Source: Hydrolagus colliei (taxonomy: Eukaryota). Taken from it: a stretch of DNA of 64,000 nucleotides. The notes under the pieces are model-generated. The model was not told where the DNA came from and made no database searches. It saw nothing but the letters and a program-made list of their open reading frames with translations. A program made the translations under genes and the position numbers. Positions 48,800-62,571 of this stretch are shown piece after piece. The stretch's first letter is position 1. Each line of letters begins with the position of its first letter. The stretch lies in NCBI GenBank assembly GCA_035084275.1, contig CM068745.1, forward strand, positions 32,178,001 to 32,242,000, given 5' to 3'.

Positions 48800-49385
48800 T
48801 TATAATATACCTTGCATTGGATATAGCGTCTCATCACATCATTGAGACACCTCAAAGCACTTCACAGCATAATACTGTCAAGTGGATTGACTGTGTATTT
48901 TGTGGGTGGAATGCAGCAGCCAGTTACACACAGCAACATCCCACAAATAGCCATGGAATGAGTGACCAATCTGTTTATTTTGGGGATTGTTGGTCAGGAC
49001 ATCAGGAGAAACTCTCTTGCCTTGTTTGAATATTCCCATGGGAACTTGTAACATCTACCTGAACAGGCAGATTGGACCTTGGATTAATAATAATAATCTT
49101 TGCATTTGATATAATGACTTATCACATCTTTGAAACAAGTGCTTTGCAGACATTATGTAAAGTGAATTACTGTATATATTGTGTATGAAATGTGGCAACC
49201 AATTGTGCTCAGCAGTGTCTCAAACAGTCGTGGATTGAGTAACCAAATTATAATTTTGTTAAAGGGATTATTACCCTACAGAAACAGCAAACCCCCAATC
49301 AAACTAAAAACTGGGTTCCAATTTACTACTAGGTGAACAGTAAGGAAACTTACTCAACATTTTGCTCTGCCTGGGAATCAAACTC
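48800..49385 (-). mobile_element. Two adjacent DeuSINE fragments
   Basis: Tails at about 48805 and 49087; GCAGCCAGTT/GCAACCAATT Deu-like motifs. Confidence 0.65.
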
Positions 49386-50038
49386 AGGTACAGGTTTAAC
49401 ACCCTAAAACTCTGGAAGCCTCTCCATCGATCCGTCTACCTTATTTCCTCCTTCCCTACTTTCAAATCCCACCCAAAGACGTTCCTTTTTGATCATTCTT
49501 ACCATCACCTCTCACTGCGCTCTACCCCTGTCTCTGTGTCAGACACCGCCACTGTCAAGTGCTCTGGGCTGATACCGCGCGTGAAAGGTACTATAAAAAT
49601 GGAAATTGTTAACGTCTCAACCTCCAAGTCTGTTGATTTCCCGATTGGTACTGTTACATTAGAAAAGAAAAAAAGAAATACTTTTCATCCTAAATCAAAA
49701 TTTTCCTAAAGTTTTCAGAAGTTTGAATAAACTGTAGGTCTGTTGCTACAGTATATTGCTTTATCTCAGGGCACAAAAATGAATTCTTTGGATTTATAAT
49801 ACAAATATATTTTTTAAAGGAATGTTTTCATTATCTGATAAATATGAATAATCCTTGTATTTTATATAGTGCCTTATTACATCTTCAAGACACCTCACAG
49901 TACTTCACAGAATATACTGTAAAGTGAATTGACTACATATTGCGTGGGAAACTCAAAAGCGACTTGTACACAGCAGTATCCTACAAACCGTCAAATTTTA
50001 AAATCATCAGCTGAATGTACACTGAAACATATACTTAC

Positions 50039-50789
50039 CAGGTGGTGGATTCAGGTAGACACTGTTACAGGTCAGTAGTTTCTTCATAAACTGAAAGTAC
50101 TCCAGGCTATACTGCATTCGGTTGTGCATGAATTGTACATTCTGCTTCCGAACACTTCGTTCTATGACGCTCGGCATCTTTATCTGGTGTGGTTTAATGG
50201 TAATCTCCAGCTCAGAAATGTATTTAACTAACTCAGTATCTTTATCTATTGTATCCATACGTTCATAGAAAAGTATATAGGCATTCCACCATCGTTTTTG
50301 TCGCCTGTATGACATACGTTTCATCATATGGTCGAAGACTTCACCCATGTATTCTCCACCAAAACACTGGTTTTTCATCTCCTCATCGTCATCCATTTTG
50401 CACTCAGTTACATCACCATCATCAAACTTATACCATTTGTTCTTCTCACCATCTCCACCATTTCGCTGAATGATATAAGAATAGTAATGTCCACCGCTGG
50501 CCTGCCCACTGTGCACCAAGACACCAACTAGTCTGTATTTCGTGCTACCAGGCTGTTCATTATCTGGCTGGTCATTTTGGATCACCTGATTTTCTGGATT
50601 GATGTCATCCCCTTCCAACTTTGCAACACCTGCAACTGTATAAGGCTCCATATCCAGCTCCCGTGGAAACTCAAAATAATCATTGAATTTGATTGCACAT
50701 TCCCTTTCCCAGTCATAGTCAAATCGTTTCAGTTGAATTGCTAAAACTGGTGGCAGCTTCTTTATTAGCAAACGCTTCACTGTGTCCAC
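50039..50789 (-). CDS. usp9x: usp9x large exon encoding the USP His-box (catalytic His and Asp)
   Basis: [25 protein letters not shown]...[14 protein letters not shown]...WYKFDD...NAYILFYER; 751 nt. Confidence 0.98.
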
Positions 50790-50949
50790 CTGAAAGACAA
50801 ACATGTTTCTGAAATATTATAGTACCATCCTACCTAATTTAGAATACATAATTAAAATGTACACTCAAAAGACATGTAAAAATGTAGTTTCCTGTTTTAC
50901 TTCGAATTCTTCACAGAAGCGCTTTTGTTCAAGTGACTATCGTACACAC

Positions 50950-52115
50950 ACAACTTGGATTTATATAGCGCCCTCCACACTGGACGATGTCTCAGAGCGC
51001 TTCCCAATAATGGATCCAGGGGCCGAGCCAGGGTGAGGAGGAAGAAGGTGACTGAAAGCGCGATCAAAAATAAAGGTCTTTAGCCGAGGCCTGAAAATAG
51101 GAAAGGAGGGGGCGAGGCAAAGGGAGTAAGGGAGGAAGTTCTAGAGTCTCGGGGCCCAGTGGCTGAAAGCATGGCCGCCGATAGTGGAGTGGAGGATTCG
51201 GGGGACAAGATGGAGGCTAGACCCAGTGAAGTGGAAGCAACTGGTAATGTTGTGAGGGGAGAGGAGGTCAGAGAGGTAGGGGGGTGCAGAGGAGTGGAGA
51301 GATTTGAATACAAGCCTGAGGATCTTGAAATCGATCCTCTCTGGGAAAAGGAAGCCAGTATAGTCTGACAAGGACTGGGGTAATTGGGAGTGGAGTTTTG
51401 TGCGGGTGAGAATGCGGGCGGCGAGGAGGGCTGGATTTTATGAATGGTAGTGGAGGGGAGACCGGCGAGGAGGGCATTTGAATAGTTCAGCCGAGAGGTG
51501 ACAAAGGCATTCACCAGGGTTTCGGCAGCTTTTGGGGTGAGATATTGGCGGAGAGGGGCGATGCACCAGAGATGGAAGAAGGCGGTGCTGGTGAGGGACC
51601 AGATGTGGGGGAGGAGCGATAATTGGGGGTCGAACCTGACGCCTAAGTTGCGTACAGGTTCAGAGAGTTTATGGGGCAGGTTGGGATAGGCGGAGGAGGT
51701 GGGAACTGTGTGATTGAAGACGTTGACAAGAGCCAAAGAGTATGGCTTCCGTCTTGTCCACATTGAGCTCGAAGAAATTTGCGCTCATCCAGCCTCTGAT
51801 GTCTGACAGGCAGGCTGACAGAACATCAGGGGACTGGGGGTCGCAAAGTGAGATGGACAAATAGAGTTGCGTGTCATCTACATACATACGGAAGTGTACC
51901 CCATATAGATTAGGAAGAGGGGGCCAAGGATGGATCCTTGAGGGTATTCTGCAGGTAACCAGGTGAGAGTGGGAGGAAAAGCTATTTATGGAGATGTACT
52001 GCTGGCGGTTTGTGAGGTAGGACTCGAAACAGGCGAGTGCAGTCCCACTGAGGCGGATGACAGGCGGTGGAGGATGGTGTGATCGACTGCGTCGAAAGCG
52101 GCGGAGAGGTCCACA
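50950..52115 (-). mobile_element. L2 fragment (RT to tail)
   Basis: DLSAAFDAVDH, MYVDDTQLY and VTSRLNYSNALL; tail GGAGGGCGCTATATAAATCCAAGTTG. Confidence 0.88.
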
Positions 52116-52872
52116 TACACAAATCCAGTGGGAAATATATTATATGAAGAACAAAACAATGTCGGGAGGATATGCCCAGGCACTAAGTTCACCTTCACCC
52201 GATGACAACACATAGATACATATACTGCACTTAACAAATGAGTTTGTCGCTTTGTCATATGGACAGCGGCTCGCTCTGCGCAGGCGCAACAGTGTGTTAC
52301 AGAAGGTCTTCCTGGACACAGCACCCTGTATAATAAAATTGGTCAGTTCAACCCATGGCTGTTTGTGGGACACTGCTATGTGCAATTGGCTGCCGCGTCT
52401 CGCCCACAAATATATTCAATTTGCTTTACAGTAAATTCTGTGAAATGCTTTGAGACATTTCAGTGCCTTGGGATGTGAAAGGCACTCTATAAATGCAATT
52501 TTGTTGTTGTTGTTGGAGCCATCATTGTCACCTCAGATATAGTCACTGAGCAGTGACAATATATCAGGAGTTTACTGTGGTAGAATCCGTTGTGTAGATT
52601 CTATGCTCAGCATAGTTAACTTTAAAACCTATACAAGATTTGTAGGATACAACTAAAGACCTCTCTCTTCGACCGCGCCTTTGGTCACTTTTCTACCCCT
52701 GCCCCTGGCTCGGTTCCGGGATCCGCTACTGGGAAGCGCTCTGAGATGCCGTCTGGCGTGGAGGGCGCTATATAAATCGAAGTTGTTGTTGTTGATACAA
52801 TGAAATACCAACTTCAATGAGAATCTTGTACAGATTCTGAAGTGCCCAATTTAGAATCAAATAATAACTTAC

Positions 52873-53014
52873 CTTTTTGTTGCATTTCTCACAGTGGTAT
52901 GCATTGGCACCCTCCAACAAGTCTCCTTTCACATACTGTTCAAGTGAGTCGAGCAGGTTTTGATGGTTTCTAATGTCTACATTCAACGTTGTGAAGGATT
53001 CTTCACACTCATAC
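52873..53014 (-). CDS. usp9x: usp9x exon
   Basis: [47 protein letters not shown]; 142 nt. Confidence 0.97.
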
Positions 53015-53164
53015 CTGCCACAAACAGTGAATAAAACAAATGTAACCAATATCTAACCCACATTTCAAAGATCTTTGAAATCAACAAATGCATTTAGATA
53101 CAGAACAAAAATGAAACATTGAAAGTAACCCAAACTTCAGAGAATTATCTAAAAGACATGAGTA

Positions 53165-53617
53165 CAGTAGAATCCCGTTTATCCATGACTTGATGAATCA
53201 GCACGTCCGTATAACCGGCACGCCAAAAAAAAAAGTCCCCATTCGATAAACCAGAACTTATCCAGAACAAAAGCGGTGGAGCATTTGTGAGTCATTGTCG
53301 CGCAGGTACAGTATTTCGGTTTGCCGCTAGTAAGGCTTTAAAGCCACGCTACCGTTTTTTTCACCTGCTTGGCCTCCTCCATTTTAAAAAGAATCGCTAG
53401 ACTATAAACCTCAACCAGTAAAGGTGAGAAGCACAAGAGAGTAGTTTTAACAATAAGTACCAATACAATATTCTGTTATTATTTAGTCTGGTGTGTATTA
53501 AAAGAACTTCAATTTTTTTGTGACGGGTTTTCGGCTGAGGACCGCCCGAATATCCAGCAGGCACTTTAACTGGCAATGGCCAGGTCCCGTGGTTGCCGGA
53601 TAAACAGGCTTTTACTG
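53165..53617. mobile_element. Tigger/pogo-like MITE (same family as 7184-7923)
   Basis: TA|CAGTAGAATCCCGTTTATCC ... GGATAAACAGGCTTTTACTG|TA. Confidence 0.88.
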
Positions 53618-54125
53618 TATTAATAATTTAAGATCAATGATTATTCTTAAAATACAAGCAAGAGTATTTAGGTGAAAGACATACATATTCAATGAAATAA
53701 CAAAAAGCTCTACAATGAATCAATTAAAAAAAGAAAAGGGAGGTCAACAGAGCTAAAAAAATGATGGATGGTCAAGAGATAGTAACCATACTAAATCAGT
53801 TTTATCAAAGATATTACAAACATTTTATGAACAAATACATATTATAGATGTTGTGAAATATTATCAAAAGATCCAGGTATGTTTGAAAGGATCAAAATTA
53901 ATAAACTCAAAGCAGAGGTCCACAATGTTATTATTAATATGTAGTACAGTATAGCTAATCCAAACTCTTTAATGAAGGAAATAGAAAAGCAAGGTGATTA
54001 AAAAGTTGTCTTTCTTGTGAATATGAATGCTTGGATGCTTACCATTATTTTGACCACAGAGATTATAGATATCTAACAATACTTGTTATTAATGCACCGT
54101 CTTTTACAAAGCTATACACACACAC

Positions 54126-54299
54126 CTATGAGGACAGCCTTGACAGATCTTCTGATCGGCAAAGGAACCCCCAAGAACTTTGCTTAGCATAGTAGGTTGT
54201 CCAAGAGCTTTCAAAGCTTCATCCAAACTGTCCACAAGAGAGTTGAAGAATTCCAAAGCATCATGTTGTTCTCTAAGGTTAACTGGTTCACCCCAAAGC
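54126..54299 (-). CDS. usp9x: usp9x exon
   Basis: [30 protein letters not shown]...[13 protein letters not shown]; 174 nt. Confidence 0.97.
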
Positions 54300-54654
54300 C
54301 TGAAAATAGAATGAAAGAACGTTCAAGCTTTTTTTTAAAAACAAATCTTACAAGTTCAACATATGAACATATAATATATATTATATATATAATATATTAT
54401 TATATATATAATATATATATATTCAACATATAAGGTTGGGTTTAGACAAAATCATGAATTTCTCTCCAGATGAGTAACATTTCCAAATATACCCTTAGCT
54501 GTGCCACTGTGCCAAAAAAACATTTTCCTGTACATTTTTCTCCACTTTTCTTACTTTACCTTTACACTAGAAAGGGATTTTTTAAAGAATTATTTTTCTT
54601 CTACTAGGTTTTTTTCTACAGGAGGTGCACATCTTCTCATACCTTTCCTAAATA

Positions 54655-55075
54655 GGCATTAACTTAGCTCAGTTGATATCATTCATGTGTCTGGTCAGTA
54701 AGTTATGGGCTTAGACACAGGGACTATATGAGTTTATGGTCTTGGCTTATGCTCCAGTGCAGCTTTGGGGAAACGCTGCATTGTTAGAGGTGGTATCCTT
54801 TTGATGAGACGTTGAATCATGGTCCTCTGACTGCCGTTCGGATAGATTTTAAGGAGACTGTAACATTTTTTAAAAATGAATTTCTCCTGATGTCCTGGCG
54901 AACAATCCTTCATTTAAATTGGTCATTCAACTCCTGGCTGTTTGTGGGACCCTGCTGTGTGCAAATTGGCTGCTGCACTCCCTTACAGTACATATTCACC
55001 ACTCTTTACAGAAACCCTGTGAAGTGCACTGAGATGTTCAAGATTATAGGTGCAATATCAAATGCATGGGTTCAT
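54655..55075 (+). mobile_element. Old full-length DeuSINE (SacSINE1/AmnSINE1-like long form)
   Basis: TAGCTCAGTTG head; GCTGCATTGTTAGAGGTG...GATGAGACGTTGAA; GCTGTTTGTGGGACCCTGCTGTGTGCAAATTGGCTGC. Confidence 0.7.
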
Positions 55076-55436
55076 TTATTGAATTGTTACAGCTAGTAAA
55101 TTTAAAGAAATTTTCTCCAAAGGTTCTGTCAACATACCTAAAATAGATTTTGTTTAATTCATGGAGCACTTTTATATATGTTAACCCTTCGAAAGCAGCA
55201 TTTAAATATCAATGATACAAAATGCATTTGGTAAAATAACCAATGGAATAAATAGAGCTAAATGCAAAAGGCGACTGCAAAACTTGGCATTCTACAAAGT
55301 TTATTGCACAAGTTCTAAAAAAGTTTCAATTACAAAAGATTTCCTCACTGTTTGAATTTAATCTTCATACAGTAATCCTTACATTTAGGGTAGAGTTATG
55401 GGATAGGTTGTTGTAAAGCACTTCACAGGATATATA

Positions 55437-56112
55437 CAGGTATCCCCCACTTAACGAAAGGGTTAGGGACTTCAAAACTCCTCGTTAAGCGAAAATTGCG
55501 TTAAGCGGGCGGGAGGGAGGTCCCTACTGTGTTTCCTTATATGAAAAAAATTGTTTCAAGTAATGCCTTGCGCCTAGCGCTAACATTTATAATGTATCAG
55601 CGACAGTATAAGGTAAGTAGCACTGCTATTGAAGGCAGGGAGAGAGAGTTAAAGAGGAGACTGAGACAGAGAGACTGTGAGTGAGATTGTGACAGCCAGA
55701 GACTCAAACAGAGAGAGAGAGAAAGAGACACAGAGAGAGAGAGAGAGAGAGAGAGACAGCGAGAGCCAGAGAGAAAGAGAGAGAGCGCAACCGAGACAGA
55801 CAGAGAGAGAAAGAGACACAGAGAGAGACAGACTGAGAAAGAGAGAGACAGAGAGACAGACAGGTAGAGCATCCTACCACTTAAGCTCCTCCCATACTGT
55901 AGCGCTTTCTCTTGGATTACTGGCGCTAAAATAAGTGTGTGTATGTATGTGCGCTTGTGTCGCAGAGGCTGCTGGGAGACAAGAAGTGCGCGAGATTTAA
56001 ACTTTCGTTATAGCAAGCGCAGCCTTCGCTAAGCACATAGAGAGGTACAAATAGAAACCCCCGTGATAGTGAAGTTTCGTTAACAGGGCGTTCGGTAAGC
56101 GGGGGCTACCTG
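55437..56112. mobile_element. Tigger-like non-autonomous DNA transposon containing a (GA)n/(GACA)n tract (about 55640-55863)
   Basis: TA|CAGGTATCCCCCACTTAACGA ... TCGGTAAGCGGGGGCTACCTG|TA. Confidence 0.8.
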
Positions 56113-57574
56113 TACTAGAAAATGTTGCTATGAATGCGTTTTTAAAAAATTGTTCTGTATTCTACTAAATCACTAGAAAAGGACTCCTATAGTCATTGGA
56201 TGTGTTTTGTTAATGTCCTAAAAGATTTGTCTTATATTTAAAATACAGAAATTGTATTTTTCATATTATTACAATTTCAGTACATTTCTATAAGAGTTAG
56301 AAATCCTTCATAATAACATCTCTCTGCTGGTGTGATCTAAACTAGGTGTTGAGAGTGAGTACAAGTAACGTCTCCAAAATTTATCTAAAAATGCCTCAAT
56401 TTCATAATAGTTTAATAGTAAAAATACTTGCATTTGATATAGTACCTTATCACATTGTTTAGACATCAAAAAGCTCTTCACAGAAATATATTGAAAAGTA
56501 AATTAACTGTATATTTTATGGGCAGTCAACTGCACACGGCATTTGTAACCAAATTATTATTATTGGAAGTATTGTGAGAATATGGATTGAATAGGGAAGA
56601 GAGGAAAATAATATTATGGATGAGACAAACTTACCAGTTTTATAGATCGTGAAAAGATATTTCATTAGAGTGTTGGTTAATTTACTGATGGCTTGCAACA
56701 CTGGTCTGCACCCAAACAAGGTAGATTGAACAAAACTTTAGTACTATATTAGTAATTAATGTTGGATTTGTATGGTGTGTTCAATAATAAAGCGTAGCAA
56801 TTTTAAGAATGATATACCTTGCTCCTATCATGACCAAGTTGTGCTGCAACAATGGAATTTGCATCTGCACATTGAACTAATGTCATTGTTCTTCCAAATC
56901 TTTCACTTTAAACAGATCGCTTAAAGAGCCAGCCTGAAGACCACTAAAATATGCATGCACAGAAATTAAATAAAACATGCTAAGTTTATGGCTTGATTGA
57001 AAGCAATGTGAAAGGGGGGGTCATATAAAGTGCTTTTCTGATCCACAAAGTTATAAGACCTTTTCGGACCACATCAAGGCTAATTGCTTTCTTGATATAT
57101 TTTCAGCAATTCATTGTCAGTACCTTTAATTAACAGATCCTGTTCCTAATATTTCAATGGGGGTATTAATCAACATAAGATCAATCGATTCACCTGAAAA
57201 TTTATTGTGGACATCCCTTTCTCTATAGAGGGGAAATTCAAAATTTTATTCTTGCTGTTGATGGTCACCAATTTTACAGTTCTGTCATCTGGTGCTACAT
57301 TTATAGTAAAAGTTAAATAGCAAGTTTAAATTTACAAGTCTATTGCATTCAACTGTTCTCTAAAGAAAAGGCTCAGTATAATTAGATAGCCCAAAAATCT
57401 GAAAAAAATTGTATAGTTAGAACTTCTCTAACATTTTTGTTTGCTCAATTTGTCAATGTTCCTCTCAATTGTCTATCTCCAAAGTAACATTTCAATAATA
57501 ATCATAAGAATTACCATTTCTTATTATGTATACGAAAGCATAGAGAACACATTTATGAAACAGAATTTACAAAC

Positions 57575-57762
57575 CTGAATTGCTTCCAGAAACCTCTAGG
57601 CACATAGTACTGTAATCTGGAGGCAGCCAAATGTCCAAAGATGACTTGAAGGTGCCTGAGGACGCCAATATTATACTCTTTCCGATCTTCAGTTTTCCCT
57701 ATTACTGGTTTGTCATAATGGTGATGGTAACTAAAAACATCATCTCTGGGATCTATGTTGCT
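57575..57762 (-). CDS. usp9x: usp9x exon
   Basis: [10 protein letters not shown]...[39 protein letters not shown]; 188 nt. Confidence 0.97.
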
Positions 57763-58118
57763 CTGTAAAAGCACATTCAATATAATTTGAGTAAAATATT
57801 TGAAAAGCAATCAGGATAAATGTCAGTCAAAACAAATCCCCAATTTGCTGAAAAATTAAACAGCTAAATTCCATTTTCACTGAAATTTGTCAGAGATCAT
57901 AGTTTAAAATATGTTCAAAGTTTCTCAGAAGTTACTTTATTCACAATTCAAATTTTGTTCTGAATGGTATAAAAGCAAAAACCAGCAATTGCTACACCAA
58001 CATTTCATGCATGACAATTACAACTTCGACAATCATTATTGTACCATACTCCTACAGGAATTGTATGGATTTTTTAAAAAAATTCAAAATTTATAACTAG
58101 TCAGATTATTTTTATAAT

Positions 58119-58233
58119 TGCAAAATACTGCAGATGCTGGAAATCTGAAGTAAAAACAGAAATTGCTGGTCAGGCAGCATCCAAAGAGAATGGAAAGAGA
58201 GTCATTCATTCAGGTCCACGACCCTTTATCAAG
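58119..58233 (-). mobile_element. Penelope-like pLTR repeat with a degenerate hammerhead core
   Basis: Minus strand reads TTGATAA-AGGGTC-GTG-GACCT-GAAT..GACTC, followed by the family body. Confidence 0.55.
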
Positions 58234-58260
58234 TTAACTGTTTTCTGGAATATCACAGTA

Positions 58261-58787
58261 CAGTAAAAGCCCATTTATTAGTGACCCGATCAACCATAAC
58301 TTCTGTATAACCGGCACCTCAAAATAAAGGTCCCCATTCAAATAACCGGATCTTATCTGGCACAATCGTGATTTAATGCACATATTTTTCTCTTCGTATT
58401 GGTATTTCGGAATGCTGCTGGTAGTGCCTTAAAGTGGCACTTCCGGTTCTTCCCCTTGCATCGGTATTTCGAAATGCTGCTAGTAGTGCCTTAAAGTGAC
58501 GCTGCCGTTTTTTCCCCTCGCTTCGCATCTACCATTGTAGAAGCTATCGATAGACTGTACACCTGTATACCAGCATCATGGCTTCAAACCAGGCATCTAC
58601 TCGCAAAGGTGATTTTTAGGTGAATAACAAATGTCTCTTATTATTTGTTATTATTTAGTCTATTATTAATATGGTATGTGTTAAAATAAGTTAATTTTTT
58701 TTGTGTTGGGTTTTCGGAGTCGGATATTCGACCGAATAACCAACATTGGCCAGGTCCTGAGGGTGCTGGATAAATAGGCTTTTACTG
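58261..58787. mobile_element. Tigger/pogo-like MITE with an internal ~60-bp direct duplication
   Basis: TA|CAGTAAAAGCCCATTTAT ... ATAAATAGGCTTTTACTG; GGTATTTCG..ATGCTGCT..TAGTGCCTTAAAGTG occurs twice. Confidence 0.8.
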
Positions 58788-58964
58788 TGTTTACAAAACA
58801 AAAGGATTTTAATTGTCAAACACAAATGTGAAAAACTATTTTGTAATTAACAAAAAGGAAAAGTATACTCTTGCTGTCTGCTGCTGATCCCCTTACTATA
58901 ATTAAAAATTCAAGACCAGAAGTTTACATTCTTAAAAAAATACAATTTTAAAATTAGTGTTCAC

Positions 58965-59185
58965 CTCGTTATCTTGTTTTTCATCACCAGATGTATCATC
59001 ATCAACATCACTGCCAGTGCCTTCAGTAGTAAGTATACCATTTCTGATAGCTGGTATCATGTAAAGTTGCTGGATAACAGAATTCATGTAGCAAGTAGCA
59101 CCAGCGTTCTTTAATCCTACAAATCCTTTTGAAGGCCGTGGTCCGACTGGTGGCAAGTATTCCCATTCGGTCAATGCTTCACAAC
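58965..59185 (-). CDS. usp9x: usp9x exon encoding the USP Cys-box (catalytic Cys)
   Basis: [41 protein letters not shown]...DEKQDNE; 221 nt. Confidence 0.98.
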
Positions 59186-60121
59186 CTAAGTGGAAAGCAA
59201 AATCTTATACTCAGCAAACCTGTTCTCTGCATGGTACAACAGCTTTGATGTATTAACTTACAACCATAAAATTGAAGCAGTTCAAAGCATTCTACTAAAT
59301 TGGAAACAATCAGTTGTCTAGAATCTAATCTGGAATTTCAATGCTTAATGTACTACTAAAGGTGAATAACTCAGAGACTTAGACAAATACTTACATACAA
59401 TAAATTTAAATTAAGTTTGACATTTAAAATGCAAGGATTATTGTTATTAAATTTATTTGAAGGATTTCAAATGTGATAAGTGATATTGCTGAGCAATTGG
59501 TTTAAAAGGGTTTATTTCATTTGAAGAAGCTGATTTGTACAGTCAGAAATTGATCGATAATTCCACATCAATTATCCACATTAATGATATTCACGTAGAA
59601 TTTCAAATAATCACAATTAAGTATTTTAAAAGATGACTTTATTCTTGGTAAAATTGCTTGTTTACGAAAACATATTAAAATGGTTTTCAAATAATTAACA
59701 TTTATAAACATTAAGTCCATTAAAAAAAAGTTTTCCTTCCCTTTATTACTAAGAATATTATTTTAATTCAACAAATTCTTTGGAGAACTGCTCAGCAGAC
59801 AAAGCAGCACACTTTACTTTTCTTCCTCTCCCAGCCAAGCATGTGAAGTGAAAACTAGTGCTCACCGAAGCCATCATTCCATCAGTGAATGAAGATTGTG
59901 AATCTATATTCATTTTCCCTCTCGATGGTCCATTCTTGGTACTGCAATATTACCTCAGCTAACTAAGCACACATCAGCGATTATATTTAGAACCTTCCTG
60001 ATCTCTTTTTGCTATATTATCCATACCACTCTTACCAAAGATCTTTCTCATCTCATTCATTAAATCTGAAACATTAATTTCAGCCAAATTCTTATTGGGC
60101 ATCTAGATTTGAAATACATAC

Positions 60122-60329
60122 CTGCATAGTACATATCTGTCAGAGTGTCAACAATTTGTTTCAGGTTTTGCACACAGCCAACAGTTAATGCTACCAGCAA
60201 CTCAAAACCAGCATTGATAGTAGCTGGCGTACTACAGACAGGAATGGCCTGTTCAGATGGCAACTCCCCACTCTTCTTATACCGTAGATATACATTAGAG
60301 GCTGGGAAGATAAAGTCATCTATCAGCTC
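60122..60329 (-). CDS. usp9x: usp9x exon
   Basis: [17 protein letters not shown]...[31 protein letters not shown]; 208 nt. Confidence 0.96.
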
Positions 60330-60484
60330 CTACAGAGAATAGGGGAACAAAAATTCTGGTTAATTGGTTTATATCTTTCTAGTCCAGAAAAATCAAATGT
60401 AAACCTTCATAATATCAACACATACAACAAAAACATAAGTTAATCCTTCATGCACCAACAGGTCCTGGGACTGTCACCCAATAG

Positions 60485-61330
60485 CAACAACATGCTTTTA
60501 TATAGCGCCCTTTATGCGGGGTAGCGTATAGGAGCGCTTGACAGTGTCTGACCCAGAGCCATGGAAAGTGGGAGCAGGGAGATGACTGTAAGCACTATCA
60601 GAACGAAGGTCTTTAACCAGGATTTGAAAGTGGGGAGGGTGGGGGCAATGTGGAGGGATTGAAGAAGAGTTCAAGTTTTGAGGCTTAAGACACGGCCACC
60701 GATGATGAAGCAGACGGAACAAGTGACAAAGACGAACCAGAACCAACTGAGTGGAGGCAGCAGGTGGTGGAGTGGAGGGTAAGCAGGTCAGATGGATAGG
60801 GAGGACAAGAAGGGATTTGAAAACAAGTGAGAGGATCTTGAAATTGATCTGTTCAGTGATTGGGAGACAGTGGAGCCTTGCAGAGTCTGGTGTAATGGCC
60901 TTTTGTGCAGATGTGTATCTGGCCGGCACAATTTTTAATTAGTTGAATTTTGTGTCTGATTGGAGTTGGGGAAACCAGTGGAAGGCGACAGTGCAATAGT
61001 GTATGAGGATTTCGGCTGCTTTTATAGTGAGGTTCAGGGGTGGGAAAAAAAACAGTCCTGGCCAGGTAAAGCTGATGATCAAACCTAATGCCTAAATTGC
61101 GCACGGGTTCTGTATGTCTAAGGGAGAGTTTAGGGAGGTTGGAGTGCAGACCTGCAGGAGAGAAGATGTTGACAGAAGCCTTGAATGTTTGTCAAACAAG
61201 CTGACAGACATCAGTGGACTGGGAGCCGCCTCTGGAGAAGAAGTAGATTTGGGTATCATCCGCATACATGTGGAAGTTGACCCCATATCTGCGGATGATG
61301 TCACTGAGAGGGAGCATGGAACCCCAACTT
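60485..61330 (-). mobile_element. L2 fragment
   Basis: HMYADDTQIY-type RT remnant, RNLGIRFD and RLHCLP...INFKIL; tail at about 60490. Confidence 0.8.
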
Positions 61331-62239
61331 AATCAATAGCAACTTTTACAGGTTAGGATGCATTTTCACACATCAGTGATTGGTTGACCGATTGATGTCA
61401 ATCATCAGAGTCTAGCCTTTGGGTAGCTGGTAAACTGGTTTCAATACCCATGTTTTAACAAATCAAAAAGCTTTAAAATAAATCTTGTTCCTCCCTTCAA
61501 AACAGACATGGGAGATGGGAAACAAGCAAATAGATTCATTTAAGTTTATTCTTAATTCCCATTAAGCATATGGGATGGGCAATAAACATTGGCTGCGGTG
61601 TCATACACATCTCAAGTATGAGATAATCATATCTTAGGTACCAAAATTTAACAGGACAGAAAATCGGTGAGAAATCCTTTCCAAATAATATTGAGATCCT
61701 CCTTCATGCAACAGACAGGGTAACCGTGAGGTTTACAATCTTATGCAGCTATACTTTTTTGCATAAAATTTCCCACTGGTCTAAAAATTGGTATACCCAG
61801 AAAATAAGGGAAATCAGTTATCAATTAATTAAGTTATTATTTTTTGTAAAAAAAACTATACTTGGGAAATAATGAATAAATATACAATAGGGGATGGGTT
61901 TCAAAACATATGCTGCACCACTGTTGAAGTACTTTGCTTTATTGCTCCAACAACTGATGTTTAGATAGTTGAATTCTGTTACAAATTCTATTTTGTTATG
62001 ATGCTAATTTACTATATCAGCAGGTCTTAGCAGTAGAAATCAGACATGCTGTGGGTATTAATATATGACTCTATGAAGAGACATTTTAAGATAATATACT
62101 GCTCAACTCATCTCACTAAAAATTGAAAATTAATTTAGAGTGTAAGAGTATAAGCATTAAGATATATTTGAAATTTCTAAATTTCACTCAATCTATGAAT
62201 GAAATTTAAGCAATGTTTCACAACACAAAAGTCCCATGC

Positions 62240-62386
62240 CTTAATGAGATTAGCTCCTCCTTTTTCAGAACCTATATGATATTTCTTTTCAGGTGTCTGG
62301 AAAGCCAGCAGCTCCTTTGTGACTCCAAGATGACCCTCCAGGATGGTTTCTTCTACACCCGTTTCACTTGTTCTTTTTACTTCATC
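62240..62386 (-). CDS. usp9x: usp9x exon with a GC donor
   Basis: [49 protein letters not shown]; 147 nt; donor AAG|GCATGG. Confidence 0.94.
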
Positions 62387-62571
62387 CTAATATTTATGTA
62401 ATAAAACACATAAATTTGAGGATTACTACTACATATACAAATAAAACATTCTGTGTTGATCTTTTGGACTGTCTTACCAAATTATAGTACAATGTCAAAC
62501 TGGGGCCTAAACAAGGCTCTTTAGTAATTGAAGAATACTATTGGATTAACATGGTTACACAAGCTCACAAA

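Noticed and set aside
55597-55934. RE-rich and LS-rich ORFs
   Set aside because: Translation of a (GA)n tract inside a DNA transposon
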